A stretch of DNA of 23,391 nt from Arcobacter sp. (GCA_965662175.1 CBFIGT010000027.1:1-23391), one strand, 5' to 3'. Positions 1 through 9,480 are shown, counted from the stretch's first letter. A program made the numbers and translations. Notes: generated by a model not told the origin, from the sequence alone.

Positions 1-77
<77 letters not shown>

Positions 78-179
78 GATTTGGGATTAGAATATTAACA
101 AATAAAACTTTTATTTTACATAAAAATAGAATGCTAAACTTATTTAGGTTATTATATAATAAACTTAGAGGGGAAAATA

Positions 180-2768
180 ATGAATAAAACTAAATCAATA
201 TTTTTAACTATATTTTTCATAATTTGTTTAAATCTTTTAGCTTTTGAGTATATCTCTATGTCTACTAAAGCTCAGTTGAAACTCTCTGAAGAGATGGTAT
301 TAAAAGAGTCAAAAGCATTATTTAATAGCGTTGTAAATACCAGAAACTGGAACTCTCAATATGGTGGAGTTTATGTTAAAGGTAATGAAATAAAACCAAA
401 TAGTTATTTAGTAAATAATCATATTTTCACAAAAGATAATGAAATGCTTGTCAAAATAAATCCAGCTTGGATGACAAGACAAATATCTGAAATATCAAAC
501 CAAAAAAGCGATTACTATTTTAGAATAACAAGTTTAAATCCAAAAAATCCAGATAATAAAGCAGATAAACTAGAAACAAAAGCATTAAAAAGTTTTGAAA
601 ATAGCGAAAAACTTGAATATTATGAGTTTAATCAAACAAAAACCAAATTCAACTATGTAGGTGCTTTAAAAGTAGAAAAAAGCTGTTTAGAGTGTCATTT
701 TTCTCAAAATGAAAAAATTGGTGATATTAGAGGAGCAATTAGAATTACCATACCAAGTGATAGTTACAATAAATTCTATTTTGATTTAAAAGAGAATAAT
801 AGAATAATAAAAACTATAATCATAATCTCTTCTATATTTTTACTACTTATTTTAGTTTGGTTTATAAATAGTATATTTGATAGACAAAAAGTAATTGAGC
901 AGATTTCAGAAAAACACAAAGTTTTAAAAGAGAGATATGAGTTAGCAATTGAGGGTTCAAATGATGGTCTTTGGGATTGGAACTTGATTACAAATGAGGT
1001 CTTTTTTTCAAAAAAATGGAAAGAGATGCTTGGATATAAAAATAAAGAACTAGCAAATGTATTAGATACCTGGAACAATTTAATTCATCCTGATGATAAA
1101 GAAAAAGCTTATGAAGATATAGAGGCAAATCAAGAAAAAAGAACAAAACAGTATGAAAATATTCATAGGCTAAAACATAAAGATGGACATTGGGTTTGGA
1201 TTTTAGATAGGGGTAAAACAATATTTGATGAAAATGGAAAAGCTATTAGAATGGTAGGTTTTCATACTGATATTACAAAACAAAAACTATTAGAGCTTTC
1301 ACTTAATGATTCCCAACAAAATCTTCTAAAAGCTGAGAAGATGGCTAATTTAGGGCATTGGTGTTTAGAAATAAAAACTATGGATATTGATATTTCTGAA
1401 AATATCAAAAATATCTTTGGATTAGGAAAAGATGCAAAATTTGGGATTAAAGAGTTATTTAAAACTTTTGTTTATGAAGAGGATAGAAAAAGAGTTTCTG
1501 ATAAATTAACCCAATGTGTTAAAGATAAAAACTCTTATCAAATTGAGTACAGATTCAATAAATTTAATGATGATGAAATTAGATATATAAATTGTAAAGT
1601 TGAACTTGAGATAATAAATGGAAGAGTTAATAAAGCTATTGGAACAATACAAGATGTAACAGATATAAATCTAATAAAAAAAGAGTTACATATTTTAAGA
1701 GCTGCCATAGAGCATGCACCAATTTCATTTGTGATTACAAATAAAGATGGTTTTATTGAGTATGTAAATCCTTGCTTTACTAAAACAACTGGTTATACCT
1801 ATGAAGAGGCTCTAAATCAAAATCCAAGAATTTTAAAATCTGAATTTACAAAAGAGGATGAATACGAAAAACTTTGGGATACTATTTCCAATGGAAAAGT
1901 ATGGAGTGGTACTTTTAAAAATATAGATAAATTTGGTAAAGAGTTTTGGGAGATTGCTGTAATTGCGCCAATTATGGGTAAAAATGGAGAGGTTCTTAAC
2001 TACTTAGCAATAAAACAAGAGATTACAAAAGAGATATTTTTAAAACAAGAACTACAAAATAAAGAGGAGCTTATGATAGCTCAATCAAGACATGCTGCTA
2101 TGGGTGAAATGATTTCTATGATTGCCCACCAATGGAGACAACCAATAGCTGTTGTTGCTATGGGAGCTAATAATATATTAGCTGATATTGAGCTTGATAT
2201 AGTAAATACAAAGAGTTTAAAAGAGAGTTTAGATGAAATAATCTCACAAACTGAATATTTATCTCAAACTATTGATGACTTTAAAAACTTTTTTAAACCA
2301 AACAAAGAGAAAGATTTAGCCTCTGTAAAAGAGATTTTTGAAGAGACCTTTAAAGTAATGGGAAAAATGCTTGAGAATAATGAGATTACTGTAATACAAG
2401 AGTATAAATCGGGACTTCAAATCTATACTTACTCAAAAGAGTTACTTCAAGTATTTATAAATATAATAAAAAATGCAAAAGAGGTTTTAATTGAGAAAAG
2501 AGAAAATAATAGAATTATAAAAATAAATGAGTATTTGAAAAATGACCATGTAGTAATTGAAATTTCTGATAATGCAGGTGGAATAAAAGAAGATATTTTA
2601 GATAAAATATTTGACCCATATTTTACAACTAAAAATGAACTTGGAACAGGATTAGGACTTTATATGTCAAAAACAATTATAGAAAAACATCTAAATGGAG
2701 AGCTTAAAGCTTATAATAAAAATGATGGTGCTTGTTTTGAAATAAAATTTTCAGTAAAGGATTTGTAG
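180..2768 (+). CDS. Membrane sensor histidine kinase with periplasmic c-type-heme (DUF3365/Tll0287-like) domain and three PAS domains
   Basis: Two TM segments flank a periplasmic domain with 'NPAWMTRQISE', 'RITSLNPKNPDN' and CxxCH (KSCLECH). PAS_3 ('DGLWDWNL...IHPDD...HKDGHWVWILDRG'), a second PAS and a NifL-type PAS ('NQNPRILKS') follow, then H-box 'MIAHQWRQP', N-box 'NIIKNAKE' and G-boxes 'DNAGGI', 'GTGLGL'. Confidence 0.92.
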   Translation: MNKTKSIFLTIFFIICLNLLAFEYISMSTKAQLKLSEEMVLKESKALFNSVVNTRNWNSQYGGVYVKGNEIKPNSYLVNNHIFTKDNEMLVKINPAWMTRQISEISNQKSDYYFRITSLNPKNPDNKADKLETKALKSFENSEKLEYYEFNQTKTKFNYVGALKVEKSCLECHFSQNEKIGDIRGAIRITIPSDSYNKFYFDLKENNRIIKTIIIISSIFLLLILVWFINSIFDRQKVIEQISEKHKVLKERYELAIEGSNDGLWDWNLITNEVFFSKKWKEMLGYKNKELANVLDTWNNLIHPDDKEKAYEDIEANQEKRTKQYENIHRLKHKDGHWVWILDRGKTIFDENGKAIRMVGFHTDITKQKLLELSLNDSQQNLLKAEKMANLGHWCLEIKTMDIDISENIKNIFGLGKDAKFGIKELFKTFVYEEDRKRVSDKLTQCVKDKNSYQIEYRFNKFNDDEIRYINCKVELEIINGRVNKAIGTIQDVTDINLIKKELHILRAAIEHAPISFVITNKDGFIEYVNPCFTKTTGYTYEEALNQNPRILKSEFTKEDEYEKLWDTISNGKVWSGTFKNIDKFGKEFWEIAVIAPIMGKNGEVLNYLAIKQEITKEIFLKQELQNKEELMIAQSRHAAMGEMISMIAHQWRQPIAVVAMGANNILADIELDIVNTKSLKESLDEIISQTEYLSQTIDDFKNFFKPNKEKDLASVKEIFEETFKVMGKMLENNEITVIQEYKSGLQIYTYSKELLQVFINIIKNAKEVLIEKRENNRIIKINEYLKNDHVVIEISDNAGGIKEDILDKIFDPYFTTKNELGTGLGLYMSKTIIEKHLNGELKAYNKNDGACFEIKFSVKDL

Positions 2769-3887
2769 ATGTCGGATCTAATTAAGCTAAGAGATAAGGC
2801 AACTAAACTAAGTGCTTTAATCGTAGAAGATAGTTTAACTATTCAAAAACAAATGAAAATATTTTTAGAAAAACTATTTGAAAAAGTTTATGTAGCTTCT
2901 GATGGTTTAGAGGCTTTAGAGCTTGTAAAAAGAGTTAATCCTGACATTATTCTAACAGATTTACAAATGCCAAGAATGGATGGCCATGAATTTATAGAGA
3001 ATTTAAAAAAGATAAATGATTCATCAGAAATTATTGTTTTTTCAGCATATGGCCACTCTGAAAATGTAATAAAGTTTTTAAGAATGGGAATAACTGACTT
3101 TTTACAAAAGCCTGTAAATTTTACACAATTAACAACATCTTTGTTAAAAGCAATTAACAACTTAAATGGAACAAAAAATTATGATGAAGAGAGATTTGAA
3201 GATGAAGTTTTACAAGATTTAAAAATCATAAAAGATAGTAAAAGCAGTGTTCACTTGGTAAATCATTATAAAGGTCTTCCTTTAATCCATGATGGATTTA
3301 TAAGCTCAGTTACAAAAGAAACCATATCAATACAAACACAAAAAATACAAACAAGAGCAATAGTTTATGAAAAATCCACTACAATTGAGACTGATAAGTT
3401 TATACTACAAGCTTCACTGAAATTTCATGATACTAGAAATAATGAGCTAGTTTTATTTGATTTAAAAAAGATTCCAAGGTCACCTAGGGATAGAGAGGTT
3501 TTAAGAGTAGACCCAAGAGATAATTTTACTGCAACTATATTTTCTAGTACTGAAAGATATAATATCAAAGTTAAAGATTTATCAACAAAATCACTCTCTT
3601 TCAAAATCAAATATTTTGATGAAAGATTAAAAATTGATGATCAACTAAATTTAATTATGGGCTTTAATACCCTATATTCAACCTCATATCATAATACAAT
3701 TACCCACAAAGAAAGAGTTGATTGCAAAGCTAAAATTTACAGAATAGAAGATCTTGGTAATAGCGAAACTAAAATAGTTATTTTATTTGATTTAAATCCT
3801 GCAAATAAAAAAATATTAGAAAAATATATTTATCAAAGGGAGATTGAAATCATCAAAGAGTTCAAACAACTCTCTTTTGACACATAA
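2769..3887 (+). CDS. Response regulator, receiver domain plus C-terminal PilZ-like domain
   Basis: REC motifs 'LIVEDS', 'ILTDLQMPRMDG', 'FSAY', 'FLQKP'. The C-terminal part has RxxxR ('REVLR') followed by 'DLSTKS' and the Campylobacterota-type tail 'LEKYIYQREIEIIKEFK'. The ATG directly abuts the kinase stop codon. Confidence 0.85.
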   Translation: MSDLIKLRDKATKLSALIVEDSLTIQKQMKIFLEKLFEKVYVASDGLEALELVKRVNPDIILTDLQMPRMDGHEFIENLKKINDSSEIIVFSAYGHSENVIKFLRMGITDFLQKPVNFTQLTTSLLKAINNLNGTKNYDEERFEDEVLQDLKIIKDSKSSVHLVNHYKGLPLIHDGFISSVTKETISIQTQKIQTRAIVYEKSTTIETDKFILQASLKFHDTRNNELVLFDLKKIPRSPRDREVLRVDPRDNFTATIFSSTERYNIKVKDLSTKSLSFKIKYFDERLKIDDQLNLIMGFNTLYSTSYHNTITHKERVDCKAKIYRIEDLGNSETKIVILFDLNPANKKILEKYIYQREIEIIKEFKQLSFDT

Positions 3888-3955
3888 ATAAACATTATTT
3901 ATATACAAATTATCTCTTTATTAATATAAACTAAAATCAATAAAGGAGATATTAT

Positions 3956-4735
3956 ATGAAAGTTGTATTAACAATTGCTGGAAGTGATAGCAGTGGTGGA
4001 GCGGGTATTCAAGCTGATTTAAAAACTTTTGAAGCCTTTGGAGTGTTTGGTTGTAGTGTTATTACAGTTTTAACAGCACAAAATACAAAAGGTGTTAGCC
4101 AAATACAAGAGTTACCTGCTTCTTTCATAAAAGCACAAATAGCTGCTGTTTTAGATGATTTTGATGTGGCTTGCATAAAAATTGGTATGCTTTTTTCAAA
4201 TGATATAATCAATGCTGTTATTGAGTCAATAAAAGATTTAAATATTCCTATTGTTTTTGACCCTGTATTTATATCAAAAGCTGGTTCTAAACTTTTAAAT
4301 GAAGATGCCATAGAGAACTTAAAAAATATTTTAGCTTTTTCTACAGTTACGACACCAAATTTATATGAAGCAAAAGAGCTTTTTTCATATGAGTTTGAAA
4401 ATAGTAACTCCCTAAATGGAGTTTTTAACTCTCCTTGCAAAGTTTTAATCAAAAATCAAATTATGGAAATAAATAATAAAAAAATATCTGTTGATAGCTT
4501 GTATAATGGAAAAGAAAAAAGAGAATTCAAATCAGATTTTATAGAGACTGAAAATCTTCACGGTACAGGATGTAGTTACTCAAGTGCAATTGCTGCAAAT
4601 TTAGCAAGGGGAAAAACACTTGAAGAGGCTATTGCCATATCTAAAGAGTTTATTTATCAAGCTATTAAAAACGCTCCAAATATAGGCCATGGAAAAGGTC
4701 CAATAGCACATAAAATAGGTTCTCAACTATGCTAA
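3956..4735 (+). CDS. thiD: Hydroxymethylpyrimidine/phosphomethylpyrimidine kinase
   Basis: 'LTIAGSDSSGGAGIQADLKTF', 'KIGML', 'DPV', 'TPNLYEA', 'HGTGCSYSSAIAA'. SD AAGGAG upstream. Confidence 0.95.
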   Translation: MKVVLTIAGSDSSGGAGIQADLKTFEAFGVFGCSVITVLTAQNTKGVSQIQELPASFIKAQIAAVLDDFDVACIKIGMLFSNDIINAVIESIKDLNIPIVFDPVFISKAGSKLLNEDAIENLKNILAFSTVTTPNLYEAKELFSYEFENSNSLNGVFNSPCKVLIKNQIMEINNKKISVDSLYNGKEKREFKSDFIETENLHGTGCSYSSAIAANLARGKTLEEAIAISKEFIYQAIKNAPNIGHGKGPIAHKIGSQLC

Positions 4736-5346
4736 ATGGTTTATATGTTATTACAGATAATAAATTAACTCCAAACAAAACTATTTTAAAACAAATAGAA
4801 CAAAGCCTAAAAGCAGGAGCTAAAATAGTTCAATTAAGAGATAAAAAGAATAGTATTGAAACTATTGAAAAGCTAGCTATTTCTATTCAAGATTTATGTA
4901 AAAAGTATAATGCCCTATTTGTTTTAAATGATGAAATAGAGTTAGCTATAAAACTAAAATGTGATGCTCTTCATATTGGAAAAAGTGACCATCACAACTT
5001 TGAAAAGATAAGAAAAGAGTTTAAAGGTATTATTGGAGTTTCCTGTTATGGAAATCTATCTTTAGCAAAAGAGTTTGAACTAAAAGGTGCAAATTATGTC
5101 GCTTTTGGTTCATTTTTTTCATCACCTACAAAACCACAATCAACTATAGTTCCATTTGATGTTTTAACAAAAGCAAAAGAGAGTTTGAGTATTCCTATTT
5201 GTGCAATTGGTGGAATTAATAGTGAAAATGTAAATAAATTACTAAAGTATAAACCTGATATGATTGCTTTAATAAGTGATATTTGGAGTGATGATATTAC
5301 AAAAAAAACAAATTTTTATAATAATATTTTAAAAGGAAAAGAATGA
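4729..5346 (+). CDS. thiE: Thiamine-phosphate synthase
   Basis: 'GLYVITD', 'VQLRDK', 'LNDE...DALHIGKSD', 'GVSCY', 'YVAFGSFFSSPTK', 'AIGGI'. Overlaps the end of thiD. Confidence 0.94.
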   Translation: MLNGLYVITDNKLTPNKTILKQIEQSLKAGAKIVQLRDKKNSIETIEKLAISIQDLCKKYNALFVLNDEIELAIKLKCDALHIGKSDHHNFEKIRKEFKGIIGVSCYGNLSLAKEFELKGANYVAFGSFFSSPTKPQSTIVPFDVLTKAKESLSIPICAIGGINSENVNKLLKYKPDMIALISDIWSDDITKKTNFYNNILKGKE

Positions 5347-5699
5347 AAGCCTTAGTTTTAATTGCCCACGGAAGCAAAAAAAAACAATCAAATGATGAAT
5401 TTAGAGAGTTAGTAGGATTAATAAGAGAACAAAACTCAGATAAATATGAGAAAATAATAGCCTCATTTTTAGAGATGGAATCCCCAAGTATTACAAATGT
5501 AGTTAAAGAGTTATCCTCAAAAAAAGTTAGCTCAATTACTTTTTATCCATTTTTCCTAAATTCAGGAAAACATGTAATAGTTGATATTCCAGATATTGTA
5601 GAAGAGTTAAAAAAAGAGTATCCAAATATTGAGTTTAAAATACTTCCTCATTTTGGACAATCATCTAAAATTGTTTCAATAATATCTCAAGATATATAA
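5343..5699 (+). CDS. Small single-domain CbiX/SirB-family (CbiX-S-like) tetrapyrrole chelatase
   Basis: 'LIAHGS', 'FLEMESPSI', 'PFFLNSGKHVIVDIP' include the two metal-binding His of class II chelatases. ATGA overlap with thiE. Confidence 0.85.
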   Translation: MKALVLIAHGSKKKQSNDEFRELVGLIREQNSDKYEKIIASFLEMESPSITNVVKELSSKKVSSITFYPFFLNSGKHVIVDIPDIVEELKKEYPNIEFKILPHFGQSSKIVSIISQDI

Positions 5700-5700
5700 A

Positions 5701-5744
5701 CTAACATTTTTTAGCTACTAATTTTTAAGCTCTTATTTTATACT
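5701..5744 (+). promoter_or_regulatory. Putative regulated sigma70 promoter: motif CTAACA-N5-TAGCTA, 21 nt, -10 TATACT
   Basis: CTAACA at 5701-5706, TAGCTA at 5712-5717, TATACT at 5739-5744. Same architecture as the sites at 10484-10527 and 14989-15032. Confidence 0.6.
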
Positions 5745-5765
5745 TAAATAAAAAAAGAGTTTAAA

Positions 5766-6668
5766 TTGAATATAGCAATAATTGGTGCGGGAATTAGTGG
5801 TTGTAACATCTATAATAGACTAAAAAAACAAAATCACAATATTACTATTTTTGATAAAGCTAGGGGAGTTGGTGGTAGATTATCAACTAAATATGTTGAT
5901 GATAAGTTTATAGACCATGGAACTTCAAGCTTTAAAGTCAATAATAGTTTATTTAAAGAGTTTTGTGATGAACTTATTTCAAATAAGATATTAATAAAAA
6001 AAGATGATGAATATTTTCCACTAAATGGTATAAATAAATTATGTTCATACTTAATAAATAAAAATGATTTAATAAAAAACCAAAGAATAACAAAAGCTGA
6101 GTTTATAGATAATAAGTGGAGCTTGATAAGTGAAGATGGCAATAAATATGATAGTTTTGATAAACTAATCATCACAATACCAACTCCACAAATACTACAA
6201 ATGCATATAAATCTAAGTGAAAATACAAAAAATTTATTAAATAGTGTAAGTTATGATAGCGTTGCAACGTTAATTTGCTATAGTAACAATATTATAAATT
6301 TAGAGCATCCAAAACTTTTTGAATCAGCACTATTTTCAAAAATTATAAATAACTCTAAAAAATATAACTACAAAAAGTTTTCAAGTTATGTTTTTCATAC
6401 AAATAGTGAATTTGCAAATAGTATTAATGAGTTATCAAAAGAGAAGATTGGCAAAAAAATCTACAAAAAAATTGAAGACTTGATTGGTGTTAATTTAGAT
6501 GAAGAGTGTTATACAGTTCCCCATCTTTGGAAATATGGAAAAGTTAAAAGCTATCTAAGTCAAGATTTTATATATGAAAATAGTTTGGGAATTTGTGGTG
6601 ATTATTTCAATGGAAATAGTTTGGAAAGTGCATATATTAGTTCAACAAAACTAAGTGCCAATATATAA
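5766..6668 (+). CDS. Renalase-like NAD(P)/FAD-dependent oxidoreductase (COG3380-type)
   Basis: Rossmann motif 'IAIIGAGISG', 'FDKARGVGGRLST', 'DHGT', 'PTPQ', 'HLWKY', 'GICGDYF...LESAYIS'. TTG start. Confidence 0.85.
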   Translation: MNIAIIGAGISGCNIYNRLKKQNHNITIFDKARGVGGRLSTKYVDDKFIDHGTSSFKVNNSLFKEFCDELISNKILIKKDDEYFPLNGINKLCSYLINKNDLIKNQRITKAEFIDNKWSLISEDGNKYDSFDKLIITIPTPQILQMHINLSENTKNLLNSVSYDSVATLICYSNNIINLEHPKLFESALFSKIINNSKKYNYKKFSSYVFHTNSEFANSINELSKEKIGKKIYKKIEDLIGVNLDEECYTVPHLWKYGKVKSYLSQDFIYENSLGICGDYFNGNSLESAYISSTKLSANI

Positions 6669-6683
6669 ATATAAGGAAAAAAG

Positions 6684-6947
6684 ATGTTAAAAGAGTTACT
6701 AAACACAGGGTTTGGAGCAGCTGCTATTTTAAAAGAGAAAATAGAAGAGGAGATGAAAACCTTAGAAGATAAAGGGAAAATCAAAAAAGAGGATGCAAAA
6801 TCTTTTTTAGAATCTTTAGAAAAAAAAGGTAAAGAAGAGGAGCAAAAAGCAAAAGATGAGATTAAAAAGCTTTTAAAAGAGGCAATTGATGAGTTAGGAC
6901 TTGCTACAAAAGAGGACTTAGCAAAATTAAAAGAGGATTTAAAATAA
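6684..6947 (+). CDS. Phasin-like/PHA-granule-associated (COG3937-type) small coiled-coil protein
   Basis: 'GFGAAAILKEKIE...KGKIKKEDAK' and 'LGLATKEDL' pattern, helical and highly charged. SD AAGGA upstream. Adjacent to an ABC1 kinase, a common pairing. Confidence 0.75.
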   Translation: MLKELLNTGFGAAAILKEKIEEEMKTLEDKGKIKKEDAKSFLESLEKKGKEEEQKAKDEIKKLLKEAIDELGLATKEDLAKLKEDLK

Positions 6948-8479
6948 ATCATTATTCACCAAAAAGAGTATTAAGTGTTTTTCTTTTTTTACTTACAATT
7001 TATTTAGTTATAAAAAGAAAAGATAGCTTTCTATTTTTAAAACCATTAAAGCCAAAAAAGCTAAAACATACTATTGTTAATTTGGGAGCTAGTTTTATAA
7101 AATTAGCTCAAGTACTAGCTACTAGGTCTGATTTTTTTTCAAAAGAGTATTTAGATGAATTAAAAGATTTACATGACCAAATTCCAGCTATGAACAAAAG
7201 CTCCTTTGATAAAATTTTTTACAGAGCATTTAGTGATAATAGCTTTGAAAAGTTTGATAAAAAACCAATTGCTTCTGCTTCCATTGGACAGGTTCATGTG
7301 GCTTATTTGAAAACAGGAGAAAAAGTTGCTGTAAAACTTAGACGAGATGGAATTAAAAAACAGGTTTTAGCCGATATAAAAATCATAAACTTTTTTAATC
7401 TAATCTTTAAACCTCTTTTTTCACACTATACAAAAAACTCAATAGAAGCCGTAATTGTAGAGTTTTCAAAGATGATAAAAGAGGAAGTTAGTCTTACAAA
7501 AGAGCTACAAAATCTACAAAAATTTTCCCATGTTTATAAAGATAGTGCTGTAAAATTTCCAAAAGCTTATGAAGAACTCTCTTGTGATGATGCTATTGTT
7601 ATGAGTTTTGAAGAGGGTTTTAGATTTGATGATAAAGAGAATATTTTTAAACACAATATTGATTTTAAAAAGATAATTGCAAATTTGGTTGATTTTTACA
7701 CTACACAAATGCTTATAAATGGATATTTTCACGCAGACCCACATCCAGGGAACTTACTTGTAAACAAAAGAGGTGAGTTAATCTTACTTGATTTTGGGAT
7801 GGTAAAAACTGTACCAAATGATAAAAGAATAGCTATTATTGAGCTTATAAAAGCAGCAAACGACCAAGATTATGAGCTTTATATAAATGCTAGCAAAAGA
7901 TTAGGAACTATCTCTTATGAAGCACCAACCTCTGAATTAGCTCTTTTTACCCAATCTATGTTTGATATTTTTTCAAATGATAATTTATCAAGTGAATCAA
8001 TGCAACAATTAGCTTTTGAAGTTTTGGAAACCACAAGAAATCTACCCTTTAAACTTCCAAGTGATGCAATATATATCTTAAGAGTGAGTGCTATTATTGA
8101 GGGATTAGGTACAACTTATATCGAAAACTTCAATGGAATAAAAGATATTTTACCAATCTTACAAAAAAATCTTCCAAAGGCATTGGGAGCAAAAGAGAGT
8201 ATAACTGAGACTATAATTGATGAGATAAAAGATTTACCTTTTTTTGTAAAAGATTTAAAAACTGTAATAAAAAAAGCTAGTGAGGGAAATCTTGAGATTG
8301 AGCTTTCAAACAATCAACTAAGCTATATTGCAAAAGAGTTAAAAGATTATACAAAAAGCACTCTAAGCTCTTTTGTAATTATTTTTTCAAGTTTTTTTGT
8401 GATACTTTATGATAAAGATTTAAAAGAGTTGGCTTTGGCTTTATTTGTAATTGGGGCTATAAAACTTATTTATAAATAA
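6944..8479 (+). CDS. ABC1/AarF/UbiB-family atypical kinase (start probably the non-canonical ATA at 6944, not TTG 7082)
   Basis: 'LGASFIKLAQVLATRSD', 'ASASIGQVH', 'VAVKLRR', 'FHADPHPGN', 'LLDFGM', plus two C-terminal hydrophobic segments. The frame is open upstream of 7082 back to a stop at 6890. Confidence 0.88.
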   Translation: MNHYSPKRVLSVFLFLLTIYLVIKRKDSFLFLKPLKPKKLKHTIVNLGASFIKLAQVLATRSDFFSKEYLDELKDLHDQIPAMNKSSFDKIFYRAFSDNSFEKFDKKPIASASIGQVHVAYLKTGEKVAVKLRRDGIKKQVLADIKIINFFNLIFKPLFSHYTKNSIEAVIVEFSKMIKEEVSLTKELQNLQKFSHVYKDSAVKFPKAYEELSCDDAIVMSFEEGFRFDDKENIFKHNIDFKKIIANLVDFYTTQMLINGYFHADPHPGNLLVNKRGELILLDFGMVKTVPNDKRIAIIELIKAANDQDYELYINASKRLGTISYEAPTSELALFTQSMFDIFSNDNLSSESMQQLAFEVLETTRNLPFKLPSDAIYILRVSAIIEGLGTTYIENFNGIKDILPILQKNLPKALGAKESITETIIDEIKDLPFFVKDLKTVIKKASEGNLEIELSNNQLSYIAKELKDYTKSTLSSFVIIFSSFFVILYDKDLKELALALFVIGAIKLIYK

Positions 8480-8512
8480 AAAAATAGGAGATATTAAATT
8501 TGTAACTTTAAT

Positions 8513-8539
8513 AGGGAGTAGTTAAAACTTCTACTCCCT
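8513..8539. terminator. Hairpin between convergent ABC1-kinase and hemH genes, probable bidirectional terminator
   Basis: AGGGAGTAG (8513-8521) and CTACTCCCT (8531-8539) form a perfect 9-bp inverted repeat. Confidence 0.7.
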
Positions 8540-8546
8540 TTAAAAA

Positions 8547-9479
8547 CTAAACAGCCTTATTATATAGTTCAACTAAAGTTTCCATAAAATATGGATGATG
8601 ATTAGGAGCTTTACAAACTCTATAATCTTTTATTCCAACCTCATCAGCTATCTCTTTATACTCAATAACTAGCTCAAACTCTGTTTCTGAATTATCAACT
8701 GTAAATGAAACAGGATAAACTATAACTTTTTCTTTTCCTAACTCTTTTAGTTTATCATCCATATATGGACGTAACCACTCAAGAGGTCCAAGTCTTGATT
8801 GGTAAGCAACTTGAATATCTTTAAACTTTATACCCTGTTTATTTAACTCTTTTTTAGCAGCTTCAACATTTGCTAAAATATGTTTTTGATAAAGGTCACC
8901 TTTATCTATAGTTCTTTTTGTTAAACCATGGGCTGAAAATAGTAATACAAACTCTTCACTATTATCCTTACCTATACACTCTTTGATTCTTTCAACTATT
9001 GCTTTATTGTAGTTTTCATTATCATAATATGAATCAACTGTTTTAATCTTAGCTTTTATACCTTGTTTTTTTACAGCCTTTTCAAAATCCTCAATTGATG
9101 ATTTTGTAGTTGTACTTGAATAGTGTGGATACATAGGGAGTGCTACTATTTCATCATACTCTTTTAGTTTTTGAACAACCTCTTTTGAAAAAGGTGGAGT
9201 ATATCTCATCACATGAAAAACATCAGCATCAAGTACTCTATTCAGTCTTCTAACAAGTCTTTTTGTATGTCCAACAATAGGTGACATTCCACCAAGTTGT
9301 GCATAATTCTCTTTTGCCTCTTTTGTTCTTAAAGTAGTAATTAAAAGACCTATCATAGCTCTTATTGGTTGTGGAGCTCCAATAATATATTTATCATTGA
9401 ACATATTTGTTAAAAATACTTTTACCTCATCTAAATTATTTGGTCCGCCCATATTCATTAGCACAACTGCTTTTTTCAT
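8547..9479 (-). CDS. hemH: Protoporphyrin ferrochelatase
   Basis: 'LMNMGGP', 'FLTNMFND', 'MRYTPP', 'LPMYPHYSSTTT', 'LFSAHGL', 'YQSRLGPLEWLRP', 'SFTVDNSETEFEL'. Confidence 0.96.
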   Translation of the reverse strand: MKKAVVLMNMGGPNNLDEVKVFLTNMFNDKYIIGAPQPIRAMIGLLITTLRTKEAKENYAQLGGMSPIVGHTKRLVRRLNRVLDADVFHVMRYTPPFSKEVVQKLKEYDEIVALPMYPHYSSTTTKSSIEDFEKAVKKQGIKAKIKTVDSYYDNENYNKAIVERIKECIGKDNSEEFVLLFSAHGLTKRTIDKGDLYQKHILANVEAAKKELNKQGIKFKDIQVAYQSRLGPLEWLRPYMDDKLKELGKEKVIVYPVSFTVDNSETEFELVIEYKEIADEVGIKDYRVCKAPNHHPYFMETLVELYNKAV

Positions 9480-9480
9480 C

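Noticed and set aside
1700..2030. PAS domain of the first kinase as a LOV blue-light sensor
   Set aside because: It reads 'NQNPRILKS' and lacks the photoactive Cys of the LOV motif NCRFLQ. It is NifL-type.
3889..3932. Possible fourth copy of the regulon motif upstream of thiD (TAAACA-N5-TATATA-21 nt-TAAACT)
   Set aside because: Spacing fits, but each hexamer matches only 4 of 6 positions and mostly at A/T, which is unconvincing in such AT-rich DNA. Worth re-testing with a position weight matrix.
5376..5384. A9 homopolymer in the CbiX-like gene (similarly T9 at 19635-19643) as phase-variation tracts
   Set aside because: A/T runs of this length are expected at this base composition, the frame is intact, and phase variation in this group typically uses poly-G/C.
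8486..8505. SD-like AGGAG followed by TTG-TAA after the ABC1 kinase
   Set aside because: It encodes nothing and could be a remnant of a lost gene or chance. It cannot be supported.
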